A stretch of 64,000 bases of DNA from an uncultured bacterium (GTDB lineage: Bacteria; Krumholzibacteriota; Krumholzibacteriia; Krumholzibacteriales; Krumholzibacteriaceae), in assembly GCA_964422745.1 (NCBI GenBank), contig CAYRCK010000004.1:4497-68496 (forward strand), given 5' to 3'. Under the pieces are notes generated by a model, which saw only the letters and a program-made list of their open reading frames with translations, was not told the origin of the DNA and made no database searches. The position numbers and the translations under genes are program-made. Below are positions 29,470 through 39,926 of the stretch, piece after piece; position 1 is the stretch's first letter, and each line of letters opens with the position of its first letter.

Positions 29470-30354
29470 GTGAGCAGATTATACGTGATTGGATTATTGG
29501 TTGTGATCGCGGCGGCGCCCGCGTTCGGCACGAACTGGTTTCTGAATCCGGACGGTAGCGGAGATGCACCTACGATCGCTGCGGCTATCGATTCCGCTGA
29601 ATCGGGGGACTGGATTATGCTGAACGGCGGCATTTACTACGAAGAGGATATCCTGCTGGATGGGAAGGATGTATCCTTCAGCTACAATCTCGGTATACCT
29701 TACATCCAGGCGGCTGTCCCCGGGACGGGGACGGGGATCACGATCAGGAACGTCTCGAACTCGAGCACGTTTTTTGGAATTAATTTCAATTTTTTCGACC
29801 AGGCCATGATTGTAGAAGATGGAGCGCCGAACATATGGTTCGTGAATTTCAATGGCTGCGGTTCATGCATAAATGTCAGCGGGGGCTCCTCAGCGCCGGA
29901 AATGGCCAACATGCTCGTGGATTCATGCACGGTTGGATTCGAGATTGCAGGGGGCAGCGGCACAGAGATAATAAACTGCACTCTGGTCAAAACGGGCAAA
30001 TGCATACTGATGTCGGGAGGTTCTGCAAGCGTATTGCGAAATATCTTTTTCCTGTCCGATACGGGCATCGAATGTATTTCCGGCTCCGCAACGCTCGACT
30101 GTAACGACTTCTGGAGAAACGATGTTAATTACGCAGGCTGTTCCGCAGGCGTCACGGACATATACGAGGATCCCATGTTCTGTATATTCAGCATCTCTTC
30201 ACCGGGCCTTTATTACCTCAACGAACTGTCTCCATGCTGGGCGGAGAACAATGCCTGCAATGTGGATATCGGAGCCTACACGACTATTGCCGGTTGCGAT
30301 ACTACTGATGTGGAGGATAGTAGCTGGGGATTCATAAAGAACATTCACCGTTGA
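29470..30354 (+). CDS. Secreted right-handed beta-helix repeat protein (pectate-lyase-like fold), function unknown
   Basis: Signal peptide (VVIAAAPAFG). Repeated short G/N/I-rich beta-helix rungs (GITIRNVSNS, NCTLVKTGKCILMSGG). Confidence 0.5.
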   Translation: MSRLYVIGLLVVIAAAPAFGTNWFLNPDGSGDAPTIAAAIDSAESGDWIMLNGGIYYEEDILLDGKDVSFSYNLGIPYIQAAVPGTGTGITIRNVSNSSTFFGINFNFFDQAMIVEDGAPNIWFVNFNGCGSCINVSGGSSAPEMANMLVDSCTVGFEIAGGSGTEIINCTLVKTGKCILMSGGSASVLRNIFFLSDTGIECISGSATLDCNDFWRNDVNYAGCSAGVTDIYEDPMFCIFSISSPGLYYLNELSPCWAENNACNVDIGAYTTIAGCDTTDVEDSSWGFIKNIHR

Positions 30355-30400
30355 TCTTTTACGGTTGCATACTCTAACTCACCTCAATAAGGAGTCGATC

Positions 30401-32134
30401 GTGAAGATGACCATTGCGCTCGTACGTGTACTGCTGTGCGTTACAATCGTAACTGTAGTACTTTTTTCCGGCTTCGACCGTTTGGAGACCGCCGGGGAAG
30501 GAGCAAGAACAGCCGTGGAAGCAGCCTTTATAAACGGAAAGATCTACACTATGGATGTGGACAGGCCCGAGGCCGAAGCTGTCGCCTTGGGTGGAGGCAG
30601 GATCCTGTTCGTAGGTGAATCGCGGGACATAATCGCCAAATGCGGTCCTGGAACCAGGAAATACGACCTGGAAGGCCGCACGGTTATCCCCGGGCTGATA
30701 GATGCCCACGCTCATTTTCTTGGGTATGCACTGGGAAGGGCTAATATAGACCTGGTCGGGACCGGGTCTTTCGGGGAAGTTCTGGAGAAGGTGACAGAAC
30801 GTGTCGGGGAATCGGGTGAGGGAGAGTGGATCATCGGCAGGGGGTGGGATCAGAACGACTGGGCCGATTCACGCTATCCAGACAGGTGGATGCTGGATCA
30901 GGCGGCTCCCGAGAATCCGGTATGCCTGACCAGGGTTTGCGGGCACGCTGTTGTCGTAAATTCCAGCGCCATGAGATTCGCCGGTATAACTAAATCGACT
31001 CCGGATCCTCCCGGCGGCAAAATTATGCATGATGAGAGCGGAGAGCCAACCGGGATACTCATAGATGAAGCCAAAAGGCTCGTGACGGAGGTTATACCGC
31101 CGGTTGGGAGGGAGAGGAAGAAAGCACTGCTCAGGGAAGCCGCTAACCTTTGCCTGGCATCCGGGCTCGTTGGCGTTCATGAGATGGGGATATCGGGCGA
31201 GACGGCTTCCATATACAGGGAGCTTTTCGGGGATGAGAGGCTTCCGTTTCGCATCACAGCTTACTTCGACGTCGATGATAAAGGTCTCGACAGCCTATTA
31301 TCCGAGGGCCCCATGAGGGGATTTGCAGACGGCCGATTTTCTGTGATCGGGGTCAAGATGTTCGCCGACGGATCACTTGGTGCTAGAAGTGCGGCCCTCA
31401 TAGACGACTACTCCGACGATCCCGGCAACAGGGGGATCCTGGTTACGGACCCGAAGGTCCTTGACGCAAAGGCCGAGCTATGTCACGAGGCAGGTTTCCA
31501 AGTGGCGGTTCATGCCATCGGGGATCGCGCGAACCGCATCGTACTCGATATTTATGAAAGGATTCTCGATGGTGGGCGGGGGGAGGACAGAAGACACAGG
31601 ATAGAGCACGCTCAGGTCGTATCTCCCGAAGATATAATCAGGTTCAGCGCTCTCGGCGTGATTCCATCGATGCAGTTCACGCACTGCACATCCGATATGC
31701 CGTGGGCGGGTGACCGTCTGGGACCTGAGCGGATCAGGGGGGCCTATGCATGGCGGTCGCTGCTCGATACAGGTTGCAGGATACCCGGAGGCTCCGATTT
31801 CCCGGTCGAGTCGATCGATCCGCTGCTGGGGATATACGCCGCCGTGACGAGGAGGGATCTCGGGGGCGGGCCGGAAAGCGGCTGGATGAGCGAACAGTGC
31901 CTCACTGTGCACGAGGCCGTCAGGTCCTTCACGCTGGATGCGGCCTATGCCGTTCATGCCGAGGACCGTACGGGATCGCTCGAACCCGGGAAGTATGCTG
32001 ATCTCATAGTACTCTCCGACAACATAATGGAAATCGATCCGGTCGACATTCCGGGCATAGAGATCGAGGCCACTGTGCTGGGCGGAGAGATAGCCTGGCG
32101 GCGCGATGGATACGAGCTGTCGATCCTAGATTAA
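30401..32134 (+). CDS. Amidohydrolase-family metal-dependent hydrolase (Amidohydro_3-like), probably exported
   Basis: RBS AAGGAG 6 nt before GTG 30401; hydrophobic N-terminus; metal-binding VIPGLIDAHAHF and C-terminal HA/D motifs. Confidence 0.8.
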   Translation: MKMTIALVRVLLCVTIVTVVLFSGFDRLETAGEGARTAVEAAFINGKIYTMDVDRPEAEAVALGGGRILFVGESRDIIAKCGPGTRKYDLEGRTVIPGLIDAHAHFLGYALGRANIDLVGTGSFGEVLEKVTERVGESGEGEWIIGRGWDQNDWADSRYPDRWMLDQAAPENPVCLTRVCGHAVVVNSSAMRFAGITKSTPDPPGGKIMHDESGEPTGILIDEAKRLVTEVIPPVGRERKKALLREAANLCLASGLVGVHEMGISGETASIYRELFGDERLPFRITAYFDVDDKGLDSLLSEGPMRGFADGRFSVIGVKMFADGSLGARSAALIDDYSDDPGNRGILVTDPKVLDAKAELCHEAGFQVAVHAIGDRANRIVLDIYERILDGGRGEDRRHRIEHAQVVSPEDIIRFSALGVIPSMQFTHCTSDMPWAGDRLGPERIRGAYAWRSLLDTGCRIPGGSDFPVESIDPLLGIYAAVTRRDLGGGPESGWMSEQCLTVHEAVRSFTLDAAYAVHAEDRTGSLEPGKYADLIVLSDNIMEIDPVDIPGIEIEATVLGGEIAWRRDGYELSILD

Positions 32135-32165
32135 GCCGGCTGCCCCTTCGATCGTTCGCGCTACC

Positions 32166-33890
32166 TCAATCTTCCGGTATCCTGTCCTCTATGAATGAAA
32201 GGGGGAGGCCTATATTCTCGATCATCAGCTCCCGTACTCTTGTGTTCGTTCTTCCCAGTCCCCTCCTCGTGCCCTTGAATCCTTCTGCAATATCATCGTT
32301 CATAATTATCGCGATGCCGGGATATGCTATAGAGGGGGAGATCGAGGCGAGGAGCACGTCCTTCCTTGCCTGCTCGGGTGTAAGTCCCGTGTTTTCCTCA
32401 AGGTAAAGTGCTGCGGTATTCGACGTGAATGAGCCTGCATGCAGCCGGATAACGACAACCATGCGACAGAGAGCATGGATCATTTCCTCGAGTAGAAGTG
32501 ATCTCAGTTCGAGTTTCTCGGCGGGCCACTGCTCGAGGATTTCCTGAATGCTCAAAAGCCACCATCCATTCCTGAATGATTCTGATGTTAGAAGAGGCCT
32601 GATCCCGCCTCCTTTCCTGCACAGACGCGTATCTACATCCATCAATGGCCCCGCCGCCTTGATCATGCAGTACAGCAAACGGCTATGGCTGTAACCGGCT
32701 GCTGTACTTGGAACAACGATGTAAGGTCTACAGGGCCGATTCGATAGGGGGGACGTGATAAAAGGATCTACATTGCAGGGCTCGTGGGGCGGTACCGTAA
32801 GGTATGGATTGGTTGGAATCTCCTCTATGCAGAGGTGATCATCCCTGACAACCAGTTCAGGCTCCATTTGCTCGATTCTACCGAAGGCTCCACCGCTCCC
32901 AGGCAGATCGAGCACACATGCGAGAAGAGAATCCGCCATTTTGAACAGTCCGCCCGAATCCGGAGACGAAGGATCGCGACCGGTCCCTCTGCCGTCGTCC
33001 GTCGATGCTCCGGTCTCTCTGTTATTCAGACTGTACGCTGCTGAATCGAGATGCCTCTTCAATGTGCGGATCTTCTTGTCGGCCTTATCCGTCATGGAAT
33101 TGGGAACGATCTCCAAGAAATCATCGTAGAGGAATATGGCCGCAAGATTCTCGGTCCCCAGCAGCAGCCTGCCGTGTGAGTGAGGCGCTAGGTTATTTTC
33201 CAGGTGATCCCTGAACCGGATTATCGATTCTCTCGCCGTATCGAGCGAATGGATCCCGGTCCCGTACCTTTCCAGTGCCAGTGACTCGATTGCGTCGATT
33301 TCATCGAGGATATGCGAGAGTCTTAGCACGGCTTCTCTAACATGGGCTTCGGCGGGTTTCTCCAGCAGTAGCGAGGCGTTGTCCATAAGCAGGGGGAGCC
33401 GTGTCAACCTTTTCCCGTATGCTTCCAGCTCGCCGCTGTAAGGAGCGGTGAGCCGTGAGGGTATTCCGTACAGTGCCTCCCCCGCCATCCAGCAGAAGAG
33501 AAGAGGATTCTTTTTATGGTTCTGAAGCTTCTCCAAGGCGAAAAGTTCCCCTTTCACCCATTGTATCATGATCAGGGAATCGTCTAAGTCTCGCGGTTCG
33601 AGGTGCGATGCTTCCAGAGCCGAAAGCCTGGCCGAGTAATCTCTGAGTTCCCTTAAGGAGGACTTGATTTCCTCGTCGGAGAATGTAAAAAGCAGGGAAT
33701 CGAATTTCCGTATCCCGAGCCGTGAAGCCCTGAGTGGATGAAGCTTGCAGTAGAGGGTGCTGAACTCATCGCGAAGCTGAGAGAACTTGCTCCTGGTTTC
33801 CAATTGCTCACCGTCATCTCCGCAGCCGTTTAACGAAAGCGCAAACGTGAAGGCTATCAGTGTTATCTTGATGAAGAGTTTCGAACTCAT
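32166..33890 (-). CDS. Lipoprotein of unknown function, DUF885-like
   Basis: Lipobox LSLNGC. N-terminal region (FSTLYCKLHPLRASRLGIRKFDSLLFTFSDEEIKSSLRELRDYSARLSALEASHLEPRDLDDSL) resembles the DUF885 pattern. Assignment from memory only. Confidence 0.45.
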   Translation of the reverse strand: MSSKLFIKITLIAFTFALSLNGCGDDGEQLETRSKFSQLRDEFSTLYCKLHPLRASRLGIRKFDSLLFTFSDEEIKSSLRELRDYSARLSALEASHLEPRDLDDSLIMIQWVKGELFALEKLQNHKKNPLLFCWMAGEALYGIPSRLTAPYSGELEAYGKRLTRLPLLMDNASLLLEKPAEAHVREAVLRLSHILDEIDAIESLALERYGTGIHSLDTARESIIRFRDHLENNLAPHSHGRLLLGTENLAAIFLYDDFLEIVPNSMTDKADKKIRTLKRHLDSAAYSLNNRETGASTDDGRGTGRDPSSPDSGGLFKMADSLLACVLDLPGSGGAFGRIEQMEPELVVRDDHLCIEEIPTNPYLTVPPHEPCNVDPFITSPLSNRPCRPYIVVPSTAAGYSHSRLLYCMIKAAGPLMDVDTRLCRKGGGIRPLLTSESFRNGWWLLSIQEILEQWPAEKLELRSLLLEEMIHALCRMVVVIRLHAGSFTSNTAALYLEENTGLTPEQARKDVLLASISPSIAYPGIAIIMNDDIAEGFKGTRRGLGRTNTRVRELMIENIGLPLSFIEDRIPED

Positions 33891-34012
33891 AGGTGTCCGG
33901 GTTCAAGGTTATTCCAATAATAGTCAGGAGCTGTATGGTGCCCGGGAAGATACCATGAAACCTATATAATCCCTCATCGCTTATATGTAAACACTTTCTT
34001 TAAAGAGTTATC

Positions 34013-34042
34013 TTGAAACATGGGAGAATAAATGTATAGAAT
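34013..34042 (+). promoter_or_regulatory. Putative sigma-70 promoter for ccsB/resB
   Basis: TTGAAA (34013-18), 18 nt, TAGAAT (34037-42), about 20 nt upstream of the 34064 start, in an AT-rich divergent intergenic region. Confidence 0.3.
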
Positions 34043-34063
34043 GCTTAACCGGATCATATTGGA

Positions 34064-35539
34064 ATGATGATCGATGCAATGAAAAATACGGTAGACAGGC
34101 TCACCTCCCACAGTTTCGCGGTCACTATTATCTCACTCATGCTTGCCGCGAGCGCGGCCGGGTGGATTTTTTCGGAACTGATTCCACCGGATATGCCCCA
34201 TAGGGCCGGGATGTATGAATTGAAGTGGGGGCGTTCGACCGTGCGGATAGTCGAGTTCTTCAGACTCTACGATCCATTCCATTCATTCTGGTATAGTGGG
34301 ATACTCGCGCTGTTCTCCGTGATACTGATGCTGTGTCTGATCAGAAGGTGGAAGGGGCTCATAGCGGCTTCGTTGCGAATAGATCCGCCGGGCGACGGCG
34401 GGGATCTGTCCGGGATGAAGCACAGGTTTGAAGCCGGGTGGGGCGAATTCACAGGGGACCGGACCCACGCTGCGGATCCGTTGGCTTTCTTCGAGAGGCG
34501 GTATGCACGGGATCAGATCTTGAGGGAGGATGCATTGGACCTTGTCTTTGGCCGAATATCAAAGCTCCTGGGAAGGATGGGATACAGGATGGCCTCGGAT
34601 AGAAAGGGGAAAAGGATTGCCTTCGCGGCGGCGGCGGGAAGATGGCAGGTGTCAGGAGGATTCATCTTCCACCTGGGATTACTGGTAATAGTCACCGGCG
34701 GTGTACTGGGCAGCTTTCTGGGAAGTACGGAGATCCTCTACGGGCGTCCCGGTGATGTCATACCGCTTCAGGGCGGTGATCTTTCACTCGTCGTGGAGGA
34801 TTTCAAGATACTGATGACACCAAGGGGTGAGGTCGAGGATTACGTCTCCAGCTTATCGGTCAGCGGCAGGGGGGGTGACTCGCTCGTAGTTGCGGATATA
34901 GAGGTTAATCATCCGCTGACCTTCGGGGGTTACAGTATCTATCAAAGCTCTTACTCCGTGGACGAGTCGGAATATCAGTGGGCCGTTGTGGGTGTATCGC
35001 TGGAGGGCTATCCCGGTGAGAAACGGGTGCGTTTGATGCCCGGCGAAAGTGCAGTTATCGATGCCGGACTGACTATCGAGGGCGGCAGGTTCATCCCCGA
35101 TTTCAGGGTGGCGAGCTCCGGTCCATATTCCGCGAGTTCGAGCATGTCCAATCCGGCGCTCGAGGTAGAAATTCTCGGAAAAAACGGACCCGAGAGGGGG
35201 TGGCTCTTCCTGCACCATCCGGCGTTCAGCAAGCGCTTCGAATATCCACTGCGCTTGAGGTTGATCGGAGTCGAGCCGGTATATTACACTGGACTTCAGG
35301 TCAGCACAAATCCCGGAGCTCCCGTATTCATGACGGGACTTCTACTATCGACTCTGGGGCTGCTGTTCGCATTTTTCACCGATCGCCGTATGGTCAAGGG
35401 AGTCGTATCCGTCGAGAGGTTGGTAATTGCCGGCACGAGATTCAAACGGGGCGGCGGCTTCGCACGTGAACTGGAAAGGATTGAAACCGGGATCAGGAAA
35501 GAGTTATACGATATGATCGGATCATCGATGGTTACCTGA
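34064..35539 (+). CDS. Cytochrome c biogenesis protein CcsB/ResB (system II)
   Basis: N-terminal TM, large periplasmic domain, C-terminal TM pair (YYTGLQVSTNPGAPVFMTGLLLSTLGLLFAFF). Followed by ccsA. Confidence 0.75.
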   Translation: MMIDAMKNTVDRLTSHSFAVTIISLMLAASAAGWIFSELIPPDMPHRAGMYELKWGRSTVRIVEFFRLYDPFHSFWYSGILALFSVILMLCLIRRWKGLIAASLRIDPPGDGGDLSGMKHRFEAGWGEFTGDRTHAADPLAFFERRYARDQILREDALDLVFGRISKLLGRMGYRMASDRKGKRIAFAAAAGRWQVSGGFIFHLGLLVIVTGGVLGSFLGSTEILYGRPGDVIPLQGGDLSLVVEDFKILMTPRGEVEDYVSSLSVSGRGGDSLVVADIEVNHPLTFGGYSIYQSSYSVDESEYQWAVVGVSLEGYPGEKRVRLMPGESAVIDAGLTIEGGRFIPDFRVASSGPYSASSSMSNPALEVEILGKNGPERGWLFLHHPAFSKRFEYPLRLRLIGVEPVYYTGLQVSTNPGAPVFMTGLLLSTLGLLFAFFTDRRMVKGVVSVERLVIAGTRFKRGGGFARELERIETGIRKELYDMIGSSMVT

Positions 35540-35571
35540 TCCGCCGGAGGTAGGTTTCCGGGAGAGGCATC

Positions 35572-36384
35572 ATGAACGCGACTTTGGATATCGATCTGTT
35601 CTGGATGGGATTCTGGCTTTTTCTGCTCTCGTTCCTGCTGTATGTTGTGTACGCCGCAGTAAGGGGTAGATGGGCGGGATTGGCGGCCACCGCCGCCTTT
35701 TTTGCGGCATTCGCATTCCTTACCGCCGGGTTGGTGTTCAGATGGACGATAAGCACTCACCCTCCCCTGTCGAACATGTACGAGTACTCGATAACTATGT
35801 CATGGATCGTAGCCCTTTTCTTCATCCTGATCCTGATAAAGTACAGGCGGATGATACTCGGAGTAGTCGTGTCGCCGCTCCTGGTTATGGTACTCGTCAT
35901 GACCTCGCTTCTTCCCAAGGAGATCTCCAGGCAACTCATGCCGGCCCTGCAAAGCTACTGGTTCTACATTCACGTATCGCTAGCAGCCGTCTCCGAGGGT
36001 GCCTTCATAGTTGCTGCGGGCGGTGGACTGGTTTATCTGGTGAGGGGGAGAAAAAAGGAAGAGGAAGACCTTTTCCCGACGACGGATTTTCTGGAGGAGC
36101 TGATCTCGCGATCCATAAGGATAGGTTATCCCCTCTTCACCGTAGGAGCCCTATTCGCCGGGGCTGTTTGGGCGAAGTCCGCATGGGGATCCTTCTGGAG
36201 CTGGGATCCGAAAGAGACCGGATCGCTGGTTGTATGGCTCTTTTATACGCTCATCCTTCATCAGGAAATCAGAGGCAGGTGGAAGGGAAAGAAACTCGCG
36301 GTACTTTCGTTGGCCGGCTTCTTACTGATAATCATATCATTCTTGGGCAATCTCTTCTTGGGCGGCCTTCACGCCTATATATAA
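35572..36384 (+). CDS. ccsA: Cytochrome c biogenesis protein CcsA/ResC (system II haem handling)
   Basis: Trp-rich WWD motif (AVWAKSAWGSFWSWDPKETGSLVVW) and conserved His residues. Confidence 0.85.
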   Translation: MNATLDIDLFWMGFWLFLLSFLLYVVYAAVRGRWAGLAATAAFFAAFAFLTAGLVFRWTISTHPPLSNMYEYSITMSWIVALFFILILIKYRRMILGVVVSPLLVMVLVMTSLLPKEISRQLMPALQSYWFYIHVSLAAVSEGAFIVAAGGGLVYLVRGRKKEEEDLFPTTDFLEELISRSIRIGYPLFTVGALFAGAVWAKSAWGSFWSWDPKETGSLVVWLFYTLILHQEIRGRWKGKKLAVLSLAGFLLIIISFLGNLFLGGLHAYI

Positions 36385-36551
36385 AGCAAAGCATATAGTT
36401 ACGAAGATCCGTCGCGGCTATGGAAGGCTTGCGGCGACCGGTCGGCCCGGGCTATCGGGAATATTTCAGACGGGAGACGATAGTCCTGGCATACTGAATG
36501 CTTGCTAAACCCTCTGTACGCAATCAATTCCTATATAGGCAGGAGGATTAC

Positions 36552-38249
36552 ATGCAAACTGGCCGTAATATCCTGGTTTGCCTGCTCATTCTAGTGATTT
36601 CCGCAGTGGGGTGCGGTAACGATGGTGACGGCGGTGGTGGAAAGGCCGGAGCCGGAGAGCACAGTGCTCGATCCGGGCTCGGTTCGGCTGATATGGAGCC
36701 CGGCTACGGAGGCCGCCTCGTTATCGGAATGCAGCAGGAACCCGAGATTCTCAATGAAGCCGTAAACAGCATGGTCAGCATCGTCTATGTATGCAATTTC
36801 ATATTCAGCAAATTTGTCAAGCACAACGACCGGATGGAACTGGTTCCCGACCTTATCACGGAGATTCCGGCTATCGAGAACGGAGGAATTTCTGATGATT
36901 ACCTGAGGTATACCTATCATCTCAGAAAGGATGCCCGGTGGCATGACGGAGCTCCCGTTACATCGGCTGACGTGCGTTTCACGTATAACCTGATGATCCA
37001 TCCGCAGGTGAACGTGGAGACACGCCAGGGGTGGGATATCATAGAGAGCGTCGAAACACCGGATCCCCATACCGTGATTTTCAACCTGTCCGAGGCATAT
37101 TCCAACTTCACGGGTGACTGTTTCTACGATGAATCCGTGCTTCCGGCCCACCTTCTGGAAGGCGAGGTCGGTCCGAATTTCCAGGGTGCGCCGTTTCACC
37201 GGCACCCCGTGGGCTCGGGACCGTTCATCTTCAAGGAGTGGGTGGCGGGTTCGCATATAACACTCACCGCCAACGAGGATTACTACGGTGATGGTCCGTA
37301 CCTGGACGAGGTCGAGATAAGGTTCATACCCGACGGGAACGCTCTGGTCATTCAGCTCGAAACCGGCGCTATAATGGGAATCGACAACGCCCCGATCGCT
37401 CTACTGGATGTGGTTGCTTCGCTCCCGGAAATCGAGGTTTTCAGAAACCCTGCGTTGTTCAACGAGCATATCGATCTGAACTGCGACAATCCGATACTCG
37501 GAGATAAACGCGTCAGAAGGGCTTTGTCGCTGGCAGCCGATCGTAACGAGCTTTCGGAGAAGATCTACGAGGGGGTGTGGATCCCGGCGTACAGCGATGA
37601 TCATCCCAATTCTCCCTATCACACGGAAACCGGGAAGATAATGAATTCTTATAATCCCGGAGAGGCCGGGAGGCTTTTGGACGATGTGGGATGGATCGAC
37701 AATGACGGCGACGGTATAAGGGAAAAGGACGGGCAGGAGCTGCAGCTTGTGATTTCCACGACCGCCGGAAGGTTGAACAGGGAGCGGACAGAACTCGTTC
37801 TGAGAGAACAGTATGGAAAGGTGGGTATAGACCTGCAGATAAAGAACTATCACCCGACGGTCATGTTCGGCAGCTACGATGAGGGTGGCATCCTGAAAAA
37901 CGGCGACTTCGACATGGCCCTCTATGCCTTTCTCACTCCTCCCGATCCCTCCACGAAGGAGGGCAGCTATTCGGCGAGGTTCGTCCCCCCGGCGGGTCAA
38001 AATTATTCCAGACTGAAGATCGATCGGCTGACCCGCCTGCTAAGCGAAGGCAGCCGGGAGATCGTGTTCGAGAGGAGAAAGGGTATATACGACGAGGTCG
38101 CTGTCATCTTGGCCGAGGAGGCGCCCATCATCCCGCTGCTATGGGTAGTTCAGCTCGATGCCATGCCTCGTTCATTGAACGGCTACAGACCAAATCCGAC
38201 CCAGTCCGGTGATAGCTGGAACGCGAACGAATGGTGGTTTTCGAAGTAG
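36552..38249 (+). CDS. Peptide/nickel ABC transporter substrate-binding lipoprotein (SBP family 5)
   Basis: RBS AGGAGGA before ATG 36552. Lipobox LVISAVGCGN. Family-5 SBP fold. Confidence 0.85.
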   Translation: MQTGRNILVCLLILVISAVGCGNDGDGGGGKAGAGEHSARSGLGSADMEPGYGGRLVIGMQQEPEILNEAVNSMVSIVYVCNFIFSKFVKHNDRMELVPDLITEIPAIENGGISDDYLRYTYHLRKDARWHDGAPVTSADVRFTYNLMIHPQVNVETRQGWDIIESVETPDPHTVIFNLSEAYSNFTGDCFYDESVLPAHLLEGEVGPNFQGAPFHRHPVGSGPFIFKEWVAGSHITLTANEDYYGDGPYLDEVEIRFIPDGNALVIQLETGAIMGIDNAPIALLDVVASLPEIEVFRNPALFNEHIDLNCDNPILGDKRVRRALSLAADRNELSEKIYEGVWIPAYSDDHPNSPYHTETGKIMNSYNPGEAGRLLDDVGWIDNDGDGIREKDGQELQLVISTTAGRLNRERTELVLREQYGKVGIDLQIKNYHPTVMFGSYDEGGILKNGDFDMALYAFLTPPDPSTKEGSYSARFVPPAGQNYSRLKIDRLTRLLSEGSREIVFERRKGIYDEVAVILAEEAPIIPLLWVVQLDAMPRSLNGYRPNPTQSGDSWNANEWWFSK

Positions 38250-38262
38250 AGATCGTCCGGGG

Positions 38263-38278
38263 GCACCCTACGGGGTGC
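38263..38278 (+). promoter_or_regulatory. Stable stem-loop immediately downstream of the SBP gene (possible partial terminator or mRNA stabiliser)
   Basis: GCACCC-tacg-GGGTGC perfect 6-bp GC-rich stem, 13 nt after the SBP stop, no U-tract. Confidence 0.3.
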
Positions 38279-38368
38279 AGTGTGTCGATCGGCCGGCGGT
38301 CCCGTGCAAAATCCGGATGCGTTACTCCTATTCCGATGCCGGGGTCGAGCCCTTTGGACCGGCCGTAA

Positions 38369-39922
38369 TTGATTATGAACACTAGAAGACTGGTGCCTAT
38401 CCTGATCCTTGCCCTGGGGCCGGCCTTCCTGTTCCGTGGATATTTCACCGGACGGGTTCAAGGCGAGCCGGTTTTGTGCTTTTGCGGAGGCGCGAGAGAG
38501 GTAGGAGGATCCTGTCTCCTGGTAGAATGCGGTAAGGAGAGGTTCATAGTGGATTGTGGAGACTTGGGGGCTGCAGGAAAGGGAATTATCCCTCCCGATC
38601 CTTCCAGCCTTTCCTTCGCCCTTGTCACCCATGCGCACCTGGATCACTGCGGGCTGCTTCCGGAGCTTTATGGGGCCGGTTTCCGTGGAATCGTGTACTG
38701 CACGGAACCAACCGCCGAACTCATCCCTATCATGCTGGGAATGAGAATCGGGATGTCCAGGGAAAAGAGCGCAAGTGCTTCATTGGACAGTGTTGCCGGT
38801 GGACTGGTCCCTGTTCCCTATGGTGAGACTGTAGATATTGGAAGCATTTCGTTCAGGTTTGGTAGGGCGGAGCACCTCCTCGGTGCCGCGTTTGTGGAGA
38901 TATGGTTCGATAATGATACGAAGCTCATCGTTTCCGGGGACCTTGGTTCGGGAAATTCCATGCTCCTGCCGCCGCTCGAGTCTCCTGAGCGGGCCGATTA
39001 TGTCGTGATGGAATCCACATACGGAGGTATCACCAGGGAAGGGCGCCCCGGCGGCCTGCACTACAGATTCGCGGAATCCGTCGGAGAGGCCTTGAGCAGA
39101 GGGGGGGATGTCCTTGTACCGGCATTCACCCTGGGAAGAACCCAGGAAGTTCTGGCTGCGCTCCAGAGTTACAGTAGGGCGGGGGTCATTCCGCAAGGAG
39201 TGGAGATCTTTGTGGACAGCCCCACGGCAAGGAAGATCAATGGTGTATTCAGGAACTTCAGGGAGGAACTGTCATCGTGGGCGAGGGGATTCTACGGCGC
39301 GGATGTCCTCTGGTCGGGCGGACTCCGTGAGGTGAGGAGTAGGACCGCCCTGAAGCAGCATTCGAGAACGCACAATCCCACTGTATTCATTTCGTCGAGC
39401 GGAGACCTGGAACATGCGAATTCTCCGAAGCACTTCATGCGGATGTACGGGGATACGGTGAACCTCCTCTGCGTTGTAGGATGGCAGAGGGACGGTTCCC
39501 TGTGTGACCGCCTTCTCGATGGCGAGGATCCTGTGCTGGTGCGGTACAGGTCGGCTGGGGGATTCAGGGAGGAGTGGATTTGTCCCGCCCTCGAGGTCCA
39601 GAGGTTCGATTCATTCTCAGCGCACGCCGATCAGAACGGCTTGCTGGGATGGTTAAATGGAATAGGTGGTGTAAGGGATGTATTCCTCGTGCATGGAGAA
39701 TTGGATCAGGCCAGAGCCCTGGCCCGTGCCATAGGGGACCGTATGCACGTCTGCGTGCGGATACCTGAACCGGGGGAATGGATCGTTCTCCGGCGAGCCC
39801 CGGACGCCGGGCTTGCTTACGTTCGGGATGAGGCCGGGGAGTACGGTGGAGGCGTATCAGCCGGGGATGGATGCAGCGGGGCTGCTAGTATGAAGGAAGA
39901 GGAGATTTACACCGGCAGGTAG
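38369..39922 (+). CDS. MBL-fold metallo-hydrolase of the beta-CASP family (RNA/DNA-metabolising type)
   Basis: HxHxDH motif (ALVTHAHLDHCG), beta-CASP-type downstream motifs, C-terminal domain. Hydrophobic N-terminus may be an artefact of an early start; a TTG near 38465 is possible. Confidence 0.75.
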   Translation: MIMNTRRLVPILILALGPAFLFRGYFTGRVQGEPVLCFCGGAREVGGSCLLVECGKERFIVDCGDLGAAGKGIIPPDPSSLSFALVTHAHLDHCGLLPELYGAGFRGIVYCTEPTAELIPIMLGMRIGMSREKSASASLDSVAGGLVPVPYGETVDIGSISFRFGRAEHLLGAAFVEIWFDNDTKLIVSGDLGSGNSMLLPPLESPERADYVVMESTYGGITREGRPGGLHYRFAESVGEALSRGGDVLVPAFTLGRTQEVLAALQSYSRAGVIPQGVEIFVDSPTARKINGVFRNFREELSSWARGFYGADVLWSGGLREVRSRTALKQHSRTHNPTVFISSSGDLEHANSPKHFMRMYGDTVNLLCVVGWQRDGSLCDRLLDGEDPVLVRYRSAGGFREEWICPALEVQRFDSFSAHADQNGLLGWLNGIGGVRDVFLVHGELDQARALARAIGDRMHVCVRIPEPGEWIVLRRAPDAGLAYVRDEAGEYGGGVSAGDGCSGAASMKEEEIYTGR

Positions 39923-39926
39923 CTAC

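Noticed and set aside
35670-36398. 242-aa + strand ORF overlapping ccsA
   Set aside because: Alternate frame of CcsA, which carries the diagnostic Trp-rich motif in its own frame.
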